Of a DNA stretch of 64,000 bases, positions 60,766 through 64,000 are shown one piece after another. Each line of letters begins with the position of its first letter. The first letter of the stretch is position 1. This DNA comes from a virus: the IMG/VR virus record IMGVR_UViG_3300032805_000001, positions 56,104 through 120,103 of that record; one strand, written 5' to 3'. A program made the translations under genes and the position numbers. A model generated the notes under the pieces. It was not told the origin of the DNA. It worked only from the letters and a program-made list of their open reading frames with translations, and ran no database searches.

Positions 60766-61795
60766 CCCACGTACAGCCCCCCCAATGCGGCCCAGACGGC
60801 GCCGTAACGCGCCCCGCAACACCAGCACCAGCCAGCGCCGCACCAGCCAGCACACTCACAGCAGCAACCCTCGCGAACCTCCGCATAGCAAGACTCCTCA
60901 CCCGGCACGCGCAACCCCTCCTGGTTGCACGCACAGGGCGAGAAGGGGACCAAAGGCCCCCTCGCTCACAACGGCAACGGCAACGGCTCAACCGGCCGCG
61001 TACGCGCCCACAAGCGAACCTCAGCCAATTCCGCAGCGTCGCACAGCACATCCACCATCGCGCCCGGATGCAGCGTCTCAAGGCCGTAGAGCGCGTCCTC
61101 AACACCGCTATACGGCGTCGGAGCCACGAAGTGACCTTCGCTGCCGAACGTCTCACACCACACCAGCACGTCACCAGGCAACGTGAACAAGTAAAACTGC
61201 TCAGGCATCATGAACTCCCTCACTCACAGCCCGCATCCCTCCTGATGTGAGCCTTGAGCAAGGCACGAGCAACCCCCCTACCCTGACGAGATAGGGACAT
61301 TGTTCGCACACTTGCATAACCGCAGGTCAGAGGCCATATCACTGAGTGCTGGGCAGAGCCAAGACCGGTTCCCCTCACGAGGTAACCCCAACTCAGGCAG
61401 ACAAGCCTGCTGCTATGTACGTGTCAAGAATCGAGCGGTCAAGCGTTCGCCGGCTACAGCTAGCGCTTGCCTAGGGTCTGATCTGAGCTACCTGCCGGGC
61501 GTTGTCCCTGCCCGTCGTGCTCATGACAGTGACTCTACCCTCGCACAGATCACGTGTCAACCCAGAGAATGAAGATTCTCACGAGTCAGGGTCACAGGGT
61601 ACCTGTACTAAGCAAGGAGCGGGCAGGCCGGGAAACCTCGGCTGGCCTGCCAGGATGGCGCGGACGGCGCCCGGGCCGGCCCGGCTCGGCTCGCGCGCGA
61701 GCTCATATCATCGAAGCGGGAGATCGCGGAAATTCCCACGACTACCTGAGCGATTTTCGTGCAGTATTTTCGCCCGGTTTCTAGGGGCCGATTCT

Positions 61796-61938
61796 GGTTA
61801 ACCGTTTCGCGGGTGTGGCTGGCCTATGGGCGGGTGACCCGGATTTTCTGGTTAACCTGTATTTCTGGCTGTGGTGTGTCCTGGTTTTGACGGTGGTGTC
61901 CGTTTTACAGGTTAACGGTTAACCGCTATACTGGTCTC
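61796..61938 (+). promoter_or_regulatory. Leaderless promoter with repeated GGTTAAC(C) boxes
   Basis: GGTTAACC at 61796 and 61850, GGTTAACGGTTAACC at 61910-61924, TATACT at 61927, ATG at 61939. Confidence 0.6.
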
Positions 61939-62105
61939 ATGACGAACCCCGAGAACATGCCCCGCCTGTCTGACGCTGCGATCGAGGATGGGCTCCGTGC
62001 TCTGCTCGAGGCGGCTCAGACCGCTGAGCGGCTGAAGGCTCAGACCCGTGCCGCGAAGGAGATCGAGGCGGCGTGGCACGATCCGCACTGGCTGGACGCG
62101 GGCTG

Positions 62106-62441
62106 ATGGGCCGCAGGAGGCTTCCTGAGGGGAAGCGGAACGTGATCGGCTTGAAGGTGTCTGACGCGAAGTTTCAGGCTGTGGAGGCGGCGCGGGGGGA
62201 TCTGGACCGGGCTGTGTGGGTGGAGGCTGCGATCGATGCGGCGCTCGGGCTGGATAGTTTGCCGCCGAGGATCCCGGCTCCGGCGGCTGTGCGGAAGGCT
62301 GTGAAACGGGGGGCTGGTGCTGTGACTGTTCCGGCGGCGACGCGGCAGCGGTGCGCTCATCCGGGGACGCGGCTGATCGGCGGGTTCTGCCGGGAGTGTG
62401 ATCATCTGATCGAACCGGGTGGCTACTGGCGGGAACTATGA
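62106..62441 (+). CDS. RHH-like protein with a small C-terminal Cys/His motif
   Basis: GRRRLPEG..VIGLKVSD...V.AARG.L.RA.W..AAI. Confidence 0.55.
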   Translation: MGRRRLPEGKRNVIGLKVSDAKFQAVEAARGDLDRAVWVEAAIDAALGLDSLPPRIPAPAAVRKAVKRGAGAVTVPAATRQRCAHPGTRLIGGFCRECDHLIEPGGYWREL

Positions 62442-62677
62442 ACCGGGACGCCGACGGGTTTAAGCGCGGCACAAACTACTGCCACCGCATGGCGATGGCG
62501 AACTGCGATTCACGTGCCGAACTGGCCGCCGCGCTCACCCAGGACGGCAAGTGCGCTGCCGGAGAGCATGATGAACGGGTTGTCCCGCCTCGGTATAGCG
62601 TCTGGTCGTGGCGGGACAAGCGGCACCGGGAGACTGGCGAACGGTATTGCGCCCGCTGCGGATTGACGATCGCGTAA
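62438..62677 (+). CDS. Small Cys-containing protein, paralog of 18288-18578
   Basis: DGFKRGTNY...CAAGEHDE...RYCARC. Confidence 0.55.
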   Translation: MNRDADGFKRGTNYCHRMAMANCDSRAELAAALTQDGKCAAGEHDERVVPPRYSVWSWRDKRHRETGERYCARCGLTIA

Positions 62678-63045
62678 CACGCCTGCGGGCCGGCACCACT
62701 GGGACGGTAGCCTGCATGATGGGTCACTGATACGGGATCGCGACCTTTCCGCTCCTCCGGCATCAGGCCCGGGATGCGGATAGGTGACCATTTAACGGCG
62801 GGTGCGGCCAGAGCTTCGGGCTCACAGCCGCACCCGTCGCCGTTTTCCCTGGTGATCTCGTAACGCCCGGTCTGGTTCGTAGCCTCCGCGGCGGCGTGCC
62901 CGTAGTTTGCGTTGTGCCATGACGCGGGCGCAGGCGGGGGAGCAGTAGATCGCGTTCGCGCGGCGGGAGCCGAGTTTCTGGCCGCAGTCGGGACGGGCGC
63001 ATGTCCTGGGTGGCGGCCCGGTAGCCCCGTCTGGTGCGGCGGTGT

Positions 63046-63400
63046 CTACGGTGCCCATTCGTGCTTGTAGTCCGGGTGATCGCTGTAGACGGCGGCAAGA
63101 GCGGTCACTGCCGGTCTGAGTACGGCCAGTTCACGTTTGGCGTCCATGTAGTCCTGGGCGCTGATTTTGCCGGCGTACGGGTGGCCTTCCCCCATGACCG
63201 GTGGGTGTTCCACGAGGAGCAGGGTATTCGCGTAGAGGTCCAGGATGCGGCGTTTGGCCGTGACCTCGCGGAAGACGCGGGCCGGGTCATGTCGGGCGAT
63301 GTGCGCTGTCAGGCCGGTTATGTGACCCTCGATCAGCGGCTCACCGTCCACTAGGACCACGCCGATAGCGGGTTCTTCCGCGACCCAATGCTCAGTGGGG
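63046..63400 (-). pseudogene. DUF6221-like gene, 5'-truncated
   Basis: HIARHDPARVFREV.AKRRIL...LAAVYSDHPDY..EW; the family N-terminus is absent. Confidence 0.7.
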
Positions 63401-63476
63401 CCGTTCCAACCTGAACTAGCTGGCCAGGGGGCTGGTATGGGCCGGTTGGGTGATGCTCGTACTGGTGGGAGCGGCT

Positions 63477-64000
63477 GAGCGTAGCTGCTGATCATTTGGC
63501 GCGCTTGGGTTGTTCGGCGTGTCGCGGCCGGATCGGGGGACCCTGCCGGTTATCGTCTGTGTCCATCCGTGTTCGCACAGTAAATACCCATGGGGGCGGG
63601 ATGGAGCTGACGGAACGGATCACCAGCCGGGTGACCGAGCTGACCGGCGAGGTCGAGCTACTGCGCAAACAGCTCGCCGACGCCGAGCACGAACTGGAAC
63701 GGCTGGAGATCGCCGGGCAGGTCATCACCCAGCTGACGGCCGATGACGCGGCTGCCGCCAGCCAGGAGCCGGCCGGTTCCGGGCCGTCCGGGCAGCGAGG
63801 GTTCGGGCTGCTGGTACCCCCGCGCAGCCAGGCGTCCGGCCCTGGCGGCCTGCCCGGTGACTACCGGTCGCTGCTGGAGGCGGTGTCCGCGGTCGCGGCC
63901 GAGACCGGCGGGGCGGTGACCTGCATGCAGGCCGCCCAGCGGGCCGGCATCGGCCTGGCCGGCCGCCAGGCCGAGAACGTCCGCGCCAAGCTCAAGCGGC
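63477..64000 (+). mobile_element. Probable left end of an ISKra4-like IS with its accessory ORF (63601 to beyond 64000)
   Basis: GAGCGTAGCT terminus resembles G(G/A)GYGYAGCT ends as I recall them; ORF MELTERI..coiled coil..LPGDYR.LL..ENVRAKLKR resembles the accessory protein found upstream of actinobacterial transposases. Confidence 0.5.

Larger units (their letters stand above)
57063..64000 (-). mobile_element. Second IS21-derived cargo element; left end not found in the window
   Basis: Same right end as element 1, istB and istA 3' fragment in matching orientation, paralogous cargo. Confidence 0.65.

Noticed and set aside
1-64000. CRISPR array
   Set aside because: No run of identical repeats with unique spacers; the IS-end repeats are degenerate and irregularly spaced.

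Overview
High-GC actinobacterial temperate-phage-like DNA; the host is probably a filamentous actinomycete (inferred from bldC, DUF397, CslA-like and spd-like genes). No capsid, tail or terminase genes fall inside the window. From left to right it contains: (1) the end of a GH25 endolysin gene and a 7-enzyme glycan cassette (4 glycosyltransferases, 2 methyltransferases, a nucleotide-sugar dehydrogenase); (2) a tyrosine recombinase and a papain-like protein; (3) a 3.45-kb IS21-ended, transposase-less cargo element (8743-12195) with a perfect 8-bp target duplication; (4) an attP-like site, a large serine integrase and an HNH gene; (5) a leftward phage early operon (phosphoesterase, replication initiator with internal iterons, VRR-NUC, ERF, BldC-like, Cro-like) diverging from a repressor; (6) an AICE/Streptomyces-plasmid-like transfer module (GntR, spd-like membrane proteins, FtsK, NlpC/P60, lytic transglycosylase); (7) GH16 and a CslA-like glucan synthase; (8) a leftward DUF3631 module that includes an HNH nuclease preceded by 11 tandem ~24-aa C4 zinc-ribbon repeats; (9) a second, inverted IS21-ended cargo element (57063 to beyond the window) carrying istB, an istA fragment, paralogous cargo and a nested ISKra4-like end. 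The most notable items are the zinc-ribbon-array HNH nuclease, the pair of IS21-derived gene-capturing elements, and the phage/conjugative hybrid architecture. All family calls come from motif recognition by eye; no database searches were run.
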